NCBI GenBank assembly: GCA_000438115.1
Contig: FR903596.1
Location: 34,815 to 98,814 of the forward strand
Reading direction: 5' to 3'
DNA length: 64,000 nt
Source: Prevotella sp. CAG:617
GTDB taxonomy: Bacteria > Bacteroidota > Bacteroidia > Bacteroidales > Bacteroidaceae
Shown here: positions 30,547-41,480 of the stretch, in pieces
Layout: the number at the start of each line of letters is the position of its first letter
How positions within the stretch are numbered: position 1 is the first letter of the stretch
Position numbers and translations under genes: made by a program
The notes under the pieces: generated by a model
What the model saw: the letters and a program-made list of their open reading frames with translations, nothing else
Database searches by the model: none
What the model was told of the DNA's origin: nothing

Positions 30547-31125
30547 ATGCAAGTAGGTCTGTTGGGAGGATCGTATAATCCTATACATAATGGACATATA
30601 GAATTAGCGCAATGGATCCTGAACCGAGGATTAGTGGATGAAGTGTGGCTGATGGTTTCACCGCAAAATCCGCTTAAGCAGAACGTGAATCTTTTGCCTG
30701 AAGATGTACGGCTGAAAATGGCACAGGTGGCAGTGCAGACATATCCTGGCATTAGAGTTTCGGATTTTGAGTTTGGTTTGCCGCGTCCGTCGTATACTTG
30801 GAATACTTTGCAGCTTCTGTCTGCACAATATCCAAATCATACGTTTAGTCTGATTATTGGTAGTGACAATTGGCGCATTTTTGATAAATGGTACAAGGCA
30901 GATGAAATTATACAACGTTATCGTATCATTGTTTACCCAAGACAAGGAAGTAATGACGCGAAGTCATTGCAAATGGCTCATCCTCATGTACAATATGTAG
31001 AAGCGCCGTTGTATCCGATTAGTTCTACGCAAATTCGAGAAAAAATAAAAATAGGCGAGGATTGTTCTGCGTATTTGCCGCAATCAGTTTATAGCCTTAT
31101 ACGCGAAAATGGTTATTATGTCTAA
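30547..31125 (+). CDS. nadD: Nicotinate-nucleotide adenylyltransferase
   Basis: GGSYNPIHNGHIELAQ (HxGH) ... SSTQIR. Confidence 0.9.
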   Translation: MQVGLLGGSYNPIHNGHIELAQWILNRGLVDEVWLMVSPQNPLKQNVNLLPEDVRLKMAQVAVQTYPGIRVSDFEFGLPRPSYTWNTLQLLSAQYPNHTFSLIIGSDNWRIFDKWYKADEIIQRYRIIVYPRQGSNDAKSLQMAHPHVQYVEAPLYPISSTQIREKIKIGEDCSAYLPQSVYSLIRENGYYV

Positions 31126-31229
31126 TCTGTATATAGGGGATTCATAAATAGACCAAACGTTTTTGTATCGTTTTTTAATGATAAAAAGTTTTGTATCTGT
31201 TTTCGCGAATGTATTCGAAAAAATATATT

Positions 31230-31237
31230 TACCTTTG
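31230..31237 (+). promoter_or_regulatory. TAnnTTTG -7 promoter motif (TACCTTTG) of the thrS-infC-rpmI-rplT operon
   Basis: Lies about 27 nt upstream of the thrS ATG in an AT-rich region. Confidence 0.45.
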
Positions 31238-31263
31238 CGGTAATTTTCATAAAAACAAGAATA

Positions 31264-33207
31264 ATGATTAAGATCACATTTCCCGACGGCTCTGTCCGTG
31301 AATATGAAAACGGAGTAACAGGCCTGCAAATTGCAGAAAGTATATCTTCCCGACTGGCTCAGGATGTTTTAGCTTGTGCAGTAAATGATGAGATTGTCGA
31401 GTTGAATCGTCCGATTAACGAAGACGCATCCATCAAGTTGTTTAAATGGGATGATGCAGAGGGAAAGCATGCTTTCTGGCATACTTCAGCTCACTTGATG
31501 GCTGAAGCATTACAAGAACTTTATCCTGGCACACAATTCGGCATAGGTCCTGCCATAGAAAATGGATTTTATTATGATATTATGCCACCTGAGGGTATTT
31601 CCATTTCTGATGCAGATTTTTCAAAAATCGAAAAGAAAATGGAAGAATTGGTGCAACGTAAGGAAGAACTGGTGCGCAAGTCTATTTCAAAGGCCGATGC
31701 TCTTAAATTCTTTGCGGAGCATGGACAAACTTACAAGAATGAATTGATTGAAGACTTGGAGGATGGACACATTTCAACATATACTCAAGGAGCATTTACT
31801 GATTTGTGTAGAGGTCCGCATTTGATGAATACCGCTCCCATTAAGGCTATTAAAGTATTGTCGGTATCATCTGCTTATTGGCGGGGAGACGAGAAACGTC
31901 CTCAAATGACACGTATCTACGGTATAACCTTCCCTAAGAAAAAAATGCTTACCGAATATCTTACCATGTTGGAAGAGGCAAAGAAACGTGACCATCGTAA
32001 GATTGGTAAGGAAATGGAACTCTTTATGTTCTCTGATTTGGTAGGGAAGGGCTTGCCTATATGGTTGCCGAAGGGAACGGCATTGAGGCTTCGTCTTGAA
32101 GATTTCTTGAAAAAGATCCAAAAGCGCTTCGGATATCAGCAAGTCATGACTCCTCATATCGGTAGCAAGAACCTCTATGTGACATCCGGTCATTATGCCA
32201 AATATGGTAAGGATTCTTTCCAGCCTATCCATACACCTGAGGAAGGCGAGGAATATATGTTGAAACCGATGAACTGTCCGCATCATTGCGCCATTTATGC
32301 ATGGAAACCGCGTAGTTATAAAGATCTTCCTTTGCGCATTGCCGAATTCGGAACGGTGTACCGTTATGAGCAGAGCGGAGAACTTCACGGATTGACACGA
32401 GTTCGTGGCTTTACGCAGGATGATGCTCATATTTTCTGCGCACCGGATCAGGTGAAGGAAGAATTCCTCCGTGTTATGGATATTATTATGATAATCTTTA
32501 AAGCGCTGAATTTTGAGAATTTCGAAGCACAAATTTCTTTGCGCGATAAAGTAAATCGTGAAAAATATATTGGTAGTGAGGATAATTGGGAGAAAGCCGA
32601 AAATGCTATTATAGAAGCTTGTCAGGAAAAGGGTTTGCAGGCAAAAATTGAATATGGTGAAGCTGCTTTCTATGGTCCTAAACTTGACTTTATGGTAAAA
32701 GATGCTTTGGGACGTCGTTGGCAGTTGGGAACCATTCAGGTGGATTATAATTTGCCGGAGCGTTTTAAATTGGAATATACCGGTACGGATAATCAGAAAC
32801 ATCGTCCGGTTATGATTCACCGTGCGCCTTTCGGTTCGATGGAGCGTTTTGTTGCAGTTCTGATTGAGCATACCGCCGGACGTTTTCCATTATGGTTGAC
32901 TCCTGATCAAGTGGCAATTTTGCCTATTTCTGACAAATTCAATGATTATGCACGAAAATTGCATGATTATTTTGAGGAAAACGAAGTACGTTCATACATT
33001 GATGATCGTAGCGAAAAGATCGGTAGAAAGATTCGTGACAACGAATTGAAACATACGCCTTACTTGTTGGTTGTAGGTGAAAAAGAGTTGGAGAACGGTA
33101 CCGTTTCCGTACGAAAACAAGGCACGGGCGAGCAATATAGCATGAAATTCGAGGAATTTGCAAAGAAAATTAATGAAGAAGTCATTGAAATGACAAAAAA
33201 CTATTAA
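31264..33207 (+). CDS. thrS: Threonyl-tRNA synthetase
   Basis: 647 aa with a TGS domain, second additional domain ([11 protein letters not shown]), class II core (FRCLLHEK-like motifs, [10 protein letters not shown] zinc site) and a C-terminal anticodon-binding domain. Confidence 0.95.
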   Translation: MIKITFPDGSVREYENGVTGLQIAESISSRLAQDVLACAVNDEIVELNRPINEDASIKLFKWDDAEGKHAFWHTSAHLMAEALQELYPGTQFGIGPAIENGFYYDIMPPEGISISDADFSKIEKKMEELVQRKEELVRKSISKADALKFFAEHGQTYKNELIEDLEDGHISTYTQGAFTDLCRGPHLMNTAPIKAIKVLSVSSAYWRGDEKRPQMTRIYGITFPKKKMLTEYLTMLEEAKKRDHRKIGKEMELFMFSDLVGKGLPIWLPKGTALRLRLEDFLKKIQKRFGYQQVMTPHIGSKNLYVTSGHYAKYGKDSFQPIHTPEEGEEYMLKPMNCPHHCAIYAWKPRSYKDLPLRIAEFGTVYRYEQSGELHGLTRVRGFTQDDAHIFCAPDQVKEEFLRVMDIIMIIFKALNFENFEAQISLRDKVNREKYIGSEDNWEKAENAIIEACQEKGLQAKIEYGEAAFYGPKLDFMVKDALGRRWQLGTIQVDYNLPERFKLEYTGTDNQKHRPVMIHRAPFGSMERFVAVLIEHTAGRFPLWLTPDQVAILPISDKFNDYARKLHDYFEENEVRSYIDDRSEKIGRKIRDNELKHTPYLLVVGEKELENGTVSVRKQGTGEQYSMKFEEFAKKINEEVIEMTKNY

Positions 33208-33269
33208 CTTTGCAGCGCTAAAAAAGAGTAGTCATAAAAAACAAAAGCAAGAAAGACCGAAATATTTGA

Positions 33270-33917
33270 ATGAAGAACGATAAATTAAAGTTCCAGTATC
33301 GTATTAACGATCAAATTAGTGCTCGCGAAGTTCGAATCGTAGGAGACGATGTTGAATCTTCTGTGATGCCCATTGCAAAAGCTTTGCAGCTCGCTGAACA
33401 TAAAGGACTTGATTTGGTGGAGATTTCTCCGAATGCCGATCCTCCTGTGTGTCGTTTGATTGATTACTCTAAATTTCTTTACCAGCAGAAAAAGCGTCAA
33501 AAGGAATTGAAGGCTAAACAGGTGAAAATTGAGGTCAAAGAAATTCGTTTTGGACCACAAACCGATGATCATGATTATCAATTTAAACTGAAACATGCCA
33601 AGCAGTTCCTCAGTGATGGGGATAAAGTCAAGGCATATGTGTTCTTTAAAGGTCGTAGTATCTTGTTCAAAGAGCAAGGAGAAGTATTGTTGCTTCGCTT
33701 TGCAAACGATCTTGAAGATTACGGCAAGGTAGAGCAAATGCCTGTGCTCGAAGGTAAACGTATGTTTTTGTTCATTGCACCCAAAAAAACTGCTGCTGCT
33801 AAAAAAGCCGCTGAAGTTGCTGAGGTTACCAAAGTAGCAGAACGTGTTCCTAAGGCAGCACCTGCGGTAAAGGCTCCAAAAGAGTATCAGGGACCGCGAG
33901 TAGAGGGTGAAGATTAA
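33270..33917 (+). CDS. infC: Translation initiation factor IF-3 with C-terminal Lys/Ala-rich extension
   Basis: [17 protein letters not shown]...[20 protein letters not shown]...[23 protein letters not shown], plus a roughly 45-aa KKAAEVAEV... tail. Confidence 0.92.
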   Translation: MKNDKLKFQYRINDQISAREVRIVGDDVESSVMPIAKALQLAEHKGLDLVEISPNADPPVCRLIDYSKFLYQQKKRQKELKAKQVKIEVKEIRFGPQTDDHDYQFKLKHAKQFLSDGDKVKAYVFFKGRSILFKEQGEVLLLRFANDLEDYGKVEQMPVLEGKRMFLFIAPKKTAAAKKAAEVAEVTKVAERVPKAAPAVKAPKEYQGPRVEGED

Positions 33918-33993
33918 GAAGATAAAAAGAATGCGCGTTGTGTCATGGTATCACGCAACCGCCTTAAGTTTCATATATTAAAAACAAACAAAA

Positions 33994-34191
33994 ATGCCAA
34001 AAGTAAAGACTAATTCCGGTGCAAAAAAAAGATTCGCTCTTACCGGAACAGGTAAAATTAAAAGACAGCATGCTTATCATAGTCATATCTTGACTAAGAA
34101 GACGAAGAAGCAGAAACGTAATTTGGTTCATACCGGATTGGTACATTCAACCAATAAAAAGCAGGTACGTGAATTGCTTTGTCTGAGATAA
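33994..34191 (+). CDS. rpmI: 50S ribosomal protein L35
   Basis: [27 protein letters not shown]... Confidence 0.93.
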   Translation: MPKVKTNSGAKKRFALTGTGKIKRQHAYHSHILTKKTKKQKRNLVHTGLVHSTNKKQVRELLCLR

Positions 34192-34278
34192 ACTAATTGT
34201 CAAACATTTAAAAGTAGAACCGAATGTTTAGCTTAAAGATCGTCGGATGACGGCGCTAGCATTCAAAAAAATTAAGTT

Positions 34279-34623
34279 ATGCCAAGATCAGTAAATCATG
34301 TCGCTTCAAGAGCGAAAAGAAAAAGAATCCTGAAATTAACCCGTGGTTATTACGGTGCACGTAAAAACGTTTGGACCGTTGCTAAAAATACTTGGGAAAA
34401 GGGTCTTACCTATGCTTTCCGTGATCGCAAAAACAAAAAACGCAATTTCCGTGCTTTGTGGATTCAGCGTATCAATGCTGCTGCAAGATTGGAAGGTATG
34501 TCATATTCTCAGTTGATGGGAGGTTTGCATAAGGCAAATATCGAAATCAGCCGCAAAGTTTTGGCCGACCTTGCAGTAAATAATCCTCAGGCATTTAAAG
34601 CAATTGTAGAAAAAGCAAAGTAA
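34279..34623 (+). CDS. rplT: 50S ribosomal protein L20
   Basis: [30 protein letters not shown]... Confidence 0.95.
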   Translation: MPRSVNHVASRAKRKRILKLTRGYYGARKNVWTVAKNTWEKGLTYAFRDRKNKKRNFRALWIQRINAAARLEGMSYSQLMGGLHKANIEISRKVLADLAVNNPQAFKAIVEKAK

Positions 34624-34713
34624 GGATTATAAATATTGTCAGTCAGGAATAACCTATATATAATTCCCAATACACCAATACACTTAAATTTCCTGATTGA
34701 TATAAAGCAATAA

Positions 34714-34750
34714 AGCCGCTCGAGTCCGTGAGGATTTGAGCGGCTATTTT
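34714..34750 (+). terminator. Intrinsic terminator of the thrS-infC-rpmI-rplT operon
   Basis: AGCCGCTC-gagtccgtgaggattt-GAGCGGCT + ATTTTTAG. Confidence 0.6.
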
Positions 34751-34786
34751 TAGTTCGATGATTTTTATTGGGGCGTTCGTTTTTAT

Positions 34787-35647
34787 TTAGTCGATGGAAA
34801 TATAATTGCAATCGTTTTTTTCTATGTACCGGTTGAATTTAAATCGAGGCATACTCAATGCCATTCCAGCGTAAATAAAGCCATTAATGTTTAGTATTTT
34901 CTGTATTTTTTGCTTTTTGTCAAGCTCTGCGGCTCGGCATATGAATCCAGTGTAGAAGTGCGCTACTCCTAATGCTTCTGCCATTAACGAGGCGTTTTGA
35001 TACGCTAAGTTAGCGTCATGACAAGCAAAGTTGTTGCGTTTTTCTGTGTAGAATAGGATTAGGGCTTGAGCGTTTCGTAAGATGTGGTCGTAACCGTTCT
35101 TGTATTCATTTTCAATTCGTTCAAAAACCTTTACATATTTGTATTTCTGTGGGATTAGTCTTTTGGAAAACAAGCGAATTAATGGATAGTTCAATATGCG
35201 GGTCGCTTTCACAAAATTGTTTATGGTAGTAGTGCTAATGTTTTGAAGTACCTGAGGGTTGGTAATTGCAATTATTCTTATTTCCTGTAAGTTAGAAGCC
35301 GTAGGTGCAAAATGTGCGGCTGTAATAATTTTCTGTAACCAGTCCTTTGGAATAGGATTGGATGTAAAAGCACGATTCGAACGTCTCGTTTTTATGAGTA
35401 GTTCTATTTGAAAGGGAGTTGGTAAATCTGACCTGTTAAACGCGTGTATTCGGGCTTGAGGAATGGCTGAATGATGAATTGCGTTTGGGGCACATATAGC
35501 TGCGCAGTGACCGCAGCTTATGCAACCTTTAGTATTTACTTCAATATGTCCGGATTGATTTTCATAAAATAGTAGTTGAGGGCATATCATAATACATTTT
35601 TTGCAGTGTATGCACAGGCTGCTATCAATGGTAATATTCTTTTTCAT
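34787..35647 (-). CDS. 4Fe-4S ferredoxin-domain / nitroreductase-family fusion protein
   Basis: Two N-terminal CxxCxxCxxxCP clusters (CIHCKKCIMICP, CISCGHCAAICAP), then a nitroreductase fold (RRSNRAFTSNPIPKDWLQKIITAAHFAPTASNLQ). Confidence 0.8.
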   Translation of the reverse strand: MKKNITIDSSLCIHCKKCIMICPQLLFYENQSGHIEVNTKGCISCGHCAAICAPNAIHHSAIPQARIHAFNRSDLPTPFQIELLIKTRRSNRAFTSNPIPKDWLQKIITAAHFAPTASNLQEIRIIAITNPQVLQNISTTTINNFVKATRILNYPLIRLFSKRLIPQKYKYVKVFERIENEYKNGYDHILRNAQALILFYTEKRNNFACHDANLAYQNASLMAEALGVAHFYTGFICRAAELDKKQKIQKILNINGFIYAGMALSMPRFKFNRYIEKNDCNYISID

Positions 35648-35740
35648 AGTCAGTAAGGGATGAAATGTTGAATAATAAAGGCCATCTCAAAATTGCAATG
35701 AGACGGCCTTGTATATCTTCTCGTGTGCTGTCGTGTAAGG

Positions 35741-37402
35741 CTATTTCTGGTTGGGTACGAGATAGCGGTCTTTGGTTTGTTCTACAATAACTTTTCTGAA
35801 TGACTGTGGGAAACCTGTGCGCTGTGGAGGAACGGCTAAGCCGTCTTTCGTGCGCTCAAACTTTCCGTTCTTTTCCGGTTTGACAGTCTGGTCATTGTAT
35901 TTCATAATCAGGTATTCGCCAAAAGTCTTCCACGTATTCAGCATGTCTTCAGCTGTACGGTTACTATATTCGTTCAGGTATTTTTTTGCGGCCTGTTGGT
36001 CGGAGTTCCACAATTCCAAAGCTTTCTGTTCAACAGCCTTTTGTTGTGTAAGGTAACTTGCTTCCAGTTCGTTTCTTTTGGATTCCAGACTGGGGAACAT
36101 CTGACTGTAGCGTGGGTATACCATATTGGAAACCCAGTTGCATACCCAAAAAGCCGATTTCCACGAGAATGTGGTGTCTGACGCTGTTCCTTCAGCATAG
36201 CATGTTGGAACATCCGTGGTACTACAATATATGGGGGTATAAGCCACCATGTTGGCGTCGTCATTACCAAACCATTCAATACCGCCGATGGCATCGGGTA
36301 GGTATGAACGCAATTGAGCTACTAAAGTAAAGCCCGTTTGCTGGGTTGCAATGGGACGTTCGTTGAAATACTGTTTGCCGTTGTATTCCCAAGTTAGCGG
36401 TGTTGTTCGATAGGGTGATTCGTATTCTCCACAACTAATGTCTGAAGTCATATCAAAAGGTGTTCCTTCATAGTGGTCGCGCATGGACATCATCACGTCG
36501 TGAACAGAAAGTTTTTTCTTAGGCTTGAAGAACAGAGGCATGGGTTCTTCTTTTTTCTGGCTGGTACCGGAAGCATAGGCCAGGTATTTGTCCATACCGT
36601 CAACCCATTTATTAAAGAAACTCCATACACGTGCTTCGCAAAAACGGAGTTCAGAAAAACCTGCAGGGCAGTAGGCATCAGCAAAGCTGAAATCTTCGTC
36701 CTTACCGTTGAAGTATCCTTTTTTGCGGGCAAATGTGATGACGTCCTTGGCATACATGACGTTTTGTTTGTCCTTACGGTCAAACTGATGGATACGGCTC
36801 TGGTTGGCGTGAGCGCAAATACAATCGTCCGGAATCCGAACAGCAACCCATACGGTGCCTTTTTCTTTGGGACCTTTTCCAATCATTTCCAAGATCCAGG
36901 CTTCATTCTTGTCGGCTACCGTAAAGGTTTCACCTTCGCTGTTATATCCATATTTGTCGGTCAGCGAAGTCATTACTTCAATGGCTTCACGCGCTGTTTT
37001 TGAACGTTGCAGGGCAATAGACATCAGACTGACATAGTCTATGATTCCGTTGGGATTTACTAATTCTAGTCGTCCGCCAAATGTGGTTTCGCATATGGAT
37101 ACCTGAAATTCATTGATATTACCAATTACACTATATGTTTCTGGTGCTTCATCAATTTGTCCCCAATAGTGATTGGTGTCGCCGTCATAAATGTCACGTT
37201 TGGTCCCTTTGGGATGTTTGGCTGCGGGATATCTCCTAAGGAAACCGTAGAGCCCGAAGTTATCAGCATTGTAGGTAACAATGACAGAGCCATCAGTTGA
37301 TGCGTTTTTTCCTACAATCAGATTGGTGCAGGCGTCAGTGGTTATGGCATTTGAACCTGTCAGCAGGGCTGTCAGCAGCAGAAATATCTTTTTTATTTTC
37401 AT
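35741..37402 (-). CDS. Secreted C69-family dipeptidase (Ntn-hydrolase)
   Basis: Signal peptide followed by the nucleophile Cys in ...DACTNLIVGKNASTDGSV...; 553 aa. Confidence 0.8.
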   Translation of the reverse strand: MKIKKIFLLLTALLTGSNAITTDACTNLIVGKNASTDGSVIVTYNADNFGLYGFLRRYPAAKHPKGTKRDIYDGDTNHYWGQIDEAPETYSVIGNINEFQVSICETTFGGRLELVNPNGIIDYVSLMSIALQRSKTAREAIEVMTSLTDKYGYNSEGETFTVADKNEAWILEMIGKGPKEKGTVWVAVRIPDDCICAHANQSRIHQFDRKDKQNVMYAKDVITFARKKGYFNGKDEDFSFADAYCPAGFSELRFCEARVWSFFNKWVDGMDKYLAYASGTSQKKEEPMPLFFKPKKKLSVHDVMMSMRDHYEGTPFDMTSDISCGEYESPYRTTPLTWEYNGKQYFNERPIATQQTGFTLVAQLRSYLPDAIGGIEWFGNDDANMVAYTPIYCSTTDVPTCYAEGTASDTTFSWKSAFWVCNWVSNMVYPRYSQMFPSLESKRNELEASYLTQQKAVEQKALELWNSDQQAAKKYLNEYSNRTAEDMLNTWKTFGEYLIMKYNDQTVKPEKNGKFERTKDGLAVPPQRTGFPQSFRKVIVEQTKDRYLVPNQK

Positions 37403-37412
37403 CTTGATGTAT

Positions 37413-38261
37413 TTAGCAGGCTTTAAACGACATATCCAGACCTTTTACGGAGTGTGTCAGTGCACCTACCGAGATAAAGTCAACACCACATTCAGCATAG
37501 TCCCGAATGGTGTCGTAGGTGATACCGCCACTTGATTCCGTTTCGTAGCGATGATTGATCATGGACACAGCTTTTTTTGTATCTTCCGTATTGAAGTTGT
37601 CCAGCATAATGCGGTCAACACCGCCGTGGTTGAGTACTTGCTGTAATTCATCGAACGAGCGGACTTCAATTTCAATTTTCAGGTCGAGTCCTTTATCTTT
37701 CAGATATTGATGACATTTGTCCAATGCAGCGTCTATTCCACCAGCAAAATCAATATGATTGTCCTTGAGCAGAATCATGTCAAACAGTCCGATGCGATGA
37801 TTTACTCCGCCACCTATTTTTACCGCTTCTTTCTCCATCATTCGCATGCCAGGGGTCGTTTTGCGAGTGTCAAGTATGCGGGTATTGGTTCCTTCCAGTT
37901 TTTTTACGTATTTGGAGGTCATGGTTGCGATACCACTCATGCGCTGCATGATATTTAGCATGAGTCGTTCGGTTTGAAGCAGACTCCGCACCTTTCCGCT
38001 TACAATCATAGCTACGTCTCCGGGTTTTACTGGAGTTCCATCTTCTATAAGCACTTCCACTTTCATGGTTGGATCAAAACGGTTGAATACTTGCTGGGCA
38101 ACACGTATGCCGGCCAGAATTCCGTTTTCTTTGATGATTAGCTGTGATTTTCCCATTTCATCATCTGGGATACAGCATAGAGTAGTGTGGTCGCCATCTC
38201 CAATATCTTCAGAAAAGGCCAGATCGATTAATTTGTCATTAAGTTCGTCTACTGTGTACAT
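37413..38261 (-). CDS. nadC: Nicotinate-nucleotide pyrophosphorylase [carboxylating] (quinolinate PRTase)
   Basis: 282 aa with DIGDGDHTT...MLDNF...GGITYDTIRDYAECGVDFISVGALTHS. Confidence 0.9.
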   Translation of the reverse strand: MYTVDELNDKLIDLAFSEDIGDGDHTTLCCIPDDEMGKSQLIIKENGILAGIRVAQQVFNRFDPTMKVEVLIEDGTPVKPGDVAMIVSGKVRSLLQTERLMLNIMQRMSGIATMTSKYVKKLEGTNTRILDTRKTTPGMRMMEKEAVKIGGGVNHRIGLFDMILLKDNHIDFAGGIDAALDKCHQYLKDKGLDLKIEIEVRSFDELQQVLNHGGVDRIMLDNFNTEDTKKAVSMINHRYETESSGGITYDTIRDYAECGVDFISVGALTHSVKGLDMSFKAC

Positions 38262-38304
38262 AATTTTTTTATGGATTAATGTAATAAAATTTCCTCTGGT
38301 GGTT

Positions 38305-39180
38305 TCAGATTCTTTCCAGTACGGTTCGTATCAGGTCGTGCATACGTTGTTGGTAATCTACCATCGCTTTTCCTGCAATGCGGTTTGCAATAACCATGCA
38401 ACAGGTCATGGCTTTATGTCCAAGCAGTTTGGACAGGCCGGCTACGGCACTGCTTTCCATTTCAAAATTCGTGACATGCAGTCCCTGATAGATATAGGTT
38501 TCGATTTTTTTATTTTGCAGAGGGTCGGCCAATGGTATGCGCAATTGTCGGCCTTGAGGACCGTAAAATCCACCGCATGATACAGTAATGCCTTTTACCA
38601 TATCCGTTTCGGCAATGCGTTGCAGAAGTTCCTCGTCGGCATTTACCACGTATGGGTGGGCAATGCATTGGGCATCCTTCCATTGCATGTGTGACAAGAA
38701 TTCTTTTTCAGCCTGGGTGTCACACACTTCGTCGCGCCTGCCGTAAAAGTTAAGTAATCCGTCAAAACCTATACTCATTTGGCTGGCAATGAAACTCCCC
38801 TCCGGTGTATATTCTTGCAGGCCGCCGCAGGTTCCGATACGTACAATTTCGAGTTGTCGCAATTGGGACTTTACGCAACGCTGGTTAAAATCAATGTTGG
38901 CCAGCGCGTCTAGTTCGTTGAGTACAATATCAATGTTGTCGCATCCGATTCCGGTGCTGACTACGGTGACGCGTTTGTTCTTATAGCGCCCCGTCAGACT
39001 GTGGAATTCACGGTTCTGACATCTGCTTTCAATATCTTCGAGATATTGGGCAATAAGTTCCACCCGGCCGGGGTCGCCTACCAGTATGATTTTGTCTGCC
39101 AGTTGCTCGGGCAGCATGTGCAGATGGAATATGCTTCCATCGTTATTTATGAGTAGTTCTGAAGGGGGAATGGTGTTCAT
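38305..39180 (-). CDS. Nucleoside phosphorylase, PNP/UDP family 1 (uridine phosphorylase-like)
   Basis: 291 aa, HLHMLPEQLADKIILVGDPGRVE...GIGCDNID...IVRIGTCGG...EMESSAVAG. Confidence 0.78.
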   Translation of the reverse strand: MNTIPPSELLINNDGSIFHLHMLPEQLADKIILVGDPGRVELIAQYLEDIESRCQNREFHSLTGRYKNKRVTVVSTGIGCDNIDIVLNELDALANIDFNQRCVKSQLRQLEIVRIGTCGGLQEYTPEGSFIASQMSIGFDGLLNFYGRRDEVCDTQAEKEFLSHMQWKDAQCIAHPYVVNADEELLQRIAETDMVKGITVSCGGFYGPQGRQLRIPLADPLQNKKIETYIYQGLHVTNFEMESSAVAGLSKLLGHKAMTCCMVIANRIAGKAMVDYQQRMHDLIRTVLERI

Positions 39181-39222
39181 GGCTGAAATCGTGTTGGGGA
39201 GAAACTTATTGTCAAAGTTTTT

Positions 39223-40482
39223 TTATTTGAGTTCTAATTTGCGGATCTGGTTGAGCAGCTGTGCGTTGTTCTCTGTTTGCTTTTGTATCGTTGTTTCCAA
39301 CTTGAGAATCGTATTCTTTAGCTGTTGAGCCTGCTCTTGAGGTGTTTGGGCATATTGCATGCGTAAACGTTCAAGGGTTTCTTTTACTTGTGCCAGGGAT
39401 TTGGTGGCTTCGTTCCATGTCGTGGCCAGTTTGGCGGCTTCAGCTACTTTGAAATCACTGGTTGAGGTGTATACATGGCGGTTGTCAAGAATACATTTGG
39501 TAAAGAATTTATTCTTGTTTTGAGCATTGTCGTTGCTGGCTTTTTGCAGACGTGCCATAGCCTCTTGTCTGGCGGACTGGTTTTCGCGTGTGTATGATGC
39601 GGCAGCAAAACGGGCCACGTTCTTTAATTGATTGTCGTCCATTTCTTCTGCCAGATATACGTCTTTTGTATCATTGGGGATGAAGATGTAAATGCAGACT
39701 TTGCCATCGGGTTGGTAACGGTCGGAAGCAAACCAGCCAATGTTATTGGGCTCGTCAATGACGAGCATATAGTCGTTGTATGGTGAGTTGAAAGGCATTC
39801 CCAGATTTTCCGGCTTCAGGTATTCGCGGTTGCCGGAGTTGTATCGGGTAACGAACAGGTCGTATCCTCCCAGGCTTTCAGGGCCGTTCTCCGCGAAGTA
39901 CAGCGTAGTGCCGTCCGACATCATAAAGGGATAGTCCTGCTGACCCAGTCTGTTATTCAGGCCGCTGAGCGATGTTGAAGTAACCCACTGGTTGTCAATT
40001 TTGTCGGCGCGGTGTATTTTTAGTCGGCCGCTGCTGTCGGGCGCGGCATACAGGATAAGGTCGTTCAGGTCATTGGTAAAGAAGGTTTTTCCCGTTTTTC
40101 CTTTCTTTATGCTGGCCGGTAGGTTGGTGGTTGCCGACAGATTTCCTATATCTGCACTGAGCCGGTAGGCCTTGAGAAATTGCTGCTTGTCTGCGATGAT
40201 GCTGTCTATAAATACAACCTTTTCAATGCCATTCATCATATCCAGTCCGGCATTGGCCTTGTTCAGCTCGTTTTGTAGTGACGTAACGTCTCGCTTATTG
40301 CGCTTGGCTGTTGTAATCTCTTTTTGCAGCAGTGTGGCTGCGTCTTCAAAATTGTATTGCTGGATGGCTTTTTCCGCCGCTGTCAGTTCTTTGCTGTTCT
40401 TCACGGGGGTAGAGGTAGTATTTTGTGCTTGCAGACCTGATGTGATGCACATGGAAATAGCGAGCAGATAAATCTTTTTCAT
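39223..40482 (-). CDS. Secreted hypothetical protein with TolB-like PD40 beta-propeller repeats flanked by coiled-coil segments
   Basis: Signal peptide; repeats of the form DGTTLYFAENGPESLGGYDLFVTRY / IGWFASDRYQPDGKVCIYIFIP; C-terminal Q/E/K-rich coiled coil. Confidence 0.6.
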   Translation of the reverse strand: MKKIYLLAISMCITSGLQAQNTTSTPVKNSKELTAAEKAIQQYNFEDAATLLQKEITTAKRNKRDVTSLQNELNKANAGLDMMNGIEKVVFIDSIIADKQQFLKAYRLSADIGNLSATTNLPASIKKGKTGKTFFTNDLNDLILYAAPDSSGRLKIHRADKIDNQWVTSTSLSGLNNRLGQQDYPFMMSDGTTLYFAENGPESLGGYDLFVTRYNSGNREYLKPENLGMPFNSPYNDYMLVIDEPNNIGWFASDRYQPDGKVCIYIFIPNDTKDVYLAEEMDDNQLKNVARFAAASYTRENQSARQEAMARLQKASNDNAQNKNKFFTKCILDNRHVYTSTSDFKVAEAAKLATTWNEATKSLAQVKETLERLRMQYAQTPQEQAQQLKNTILKLETTIQKQTENNAQLLNQIRKLELK

Positions 40483-40562
40483 GTTTACAGACTTCTATTT
40501 TAAGCCAAAAATACAATAATCTTTCCAATAAATTCTCGCGTTCTTTTATATATTTTGTATTT

Positions 40563-41342
40563 TTGTGGTCAAACTGGAATAAATTAGGCATGAATGCTTT
40601 ATGTATTTGGCAAAGTCGTCATACTCATCTGTTGAAGGTGGCGATATTTTTTGTGTGTTTAGTTTGGGGGCGCGTAGCTTTTGCACAGGTAGGGGAGTCA
40701 CGCAGCCAGCTGGATGTGGGTTTTAATGGCGGTCTTGCCATGAACCACATATCGTTCGATCCCACCATTAAGCAAAAACTGCATATGGGACCAACATTCG
40801 GAGTAACGTTGCGTTATACGTGTGAAAAATATTTTGCAGCAGTTTGTGCTTTACAGATAGAATTGAATTATGCCCGCCTGGGGTGGCGTGAAAATATCAG
40901 AAGTTCGGCCGATGAGCCGTTGCCCGACCGCTATCAGCGCCATCAGGATTATATGCAGCTGCCTATGTTGGCCCGTTTGGGCTGGGGCAAGGAAGATAAA
41001 GGTTTTATGGTTTATTTTCTTGCCGGTCCGCAGTTGGGATATTGTTTCTGTGAAAAAACGGAGCAGAGTAAGGAATGGACTCTTAACCCTGACGGAACGC
41101 CTGACCGGCCTAATAATTTCAGTGCACAGTATTCCATGCCGATAAAAAATAAAATTGACTATGGTATTACGGCCGGATTGGGAGCAGAGTTCAGTTCTTC
41201 AATAGGGCATATTATGCTTGAGGGGCGATATTATTATGGTTTGGGTGATATTTACGGTAATTCCAAGAAAGACGTTTTTTCCCGCTCCGCCAATGGCGTT
41301 ATTGTGGCCAAAATGACTTACCTGTTTACCGTAAAAAAGTGA
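40563..41342 (+). CDS. Outer-membrane beta-barrel protein (PorT/OmpA-like beta-barrel family)
   Basis: Signal peptide ...VAIFFVCLVWGRVAFAQ, alternating amphipathic beta-strands, and a C-terminal aromatic (…YLFTVKK). The start may instead be the ATG at 40590. Confidence 0.65.
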   Translation: MWSNWNKLGMNALCIWQSRHTHLLKVAIFFVCLVWGRVAFAQVGESRSQLDVGFNGGLAMNHISFDPTIKQKLHMGPTFGVTLRYTCEKYFAAVCALQIELNYARLGWRENIRSSADEPLPDRYQRHQDYMQLPMLARLGWGKEDKGFMVYFLAGPQLGYCFCEKTEQSKEWTLNPDGTPDRPNNFSAQYSMPIKNKIDYGITAGLGAEFSSSIGHIMLEGRYYYGLGDIYGNSKKDVFSRSANGVIVAKMTYLFTVKK

Positions 41343-41434
41343 TAACAAGGTTTGCCTCATAGGCATTGTAAGTATTTTGCGGTTAATTTAAGGAGATAAG
41401 GCTGAGGGTGTGATTGCGCATCCCGGCATATAGT

Positions 41435-41480
41435 AAAAACAACCCGGCACTTTCATTAAACAAAGTGCCGGGTTGTTTTT
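41435..41480. terminator. Bidirectional intrinsic terminator between the OM barrel gene (+) and glnN (-)
   Basis: A perfect 19-bp stem AAAAACAACCCGGCACTTT / AAAGTGCCGGGTTGTTTTT. Confidence 0.7.

Noticed and set aside
31867-32871. 334-aa minus-strand ORF
   Set aside because: Antisense to thrS; Phe/Ile/Leu-rich, typical shadow-frame composition.
36473-37003. 176-aa plus-strand ORF and neighbours
   Set aside because: Antisense to the C69 dipeptidase gene.
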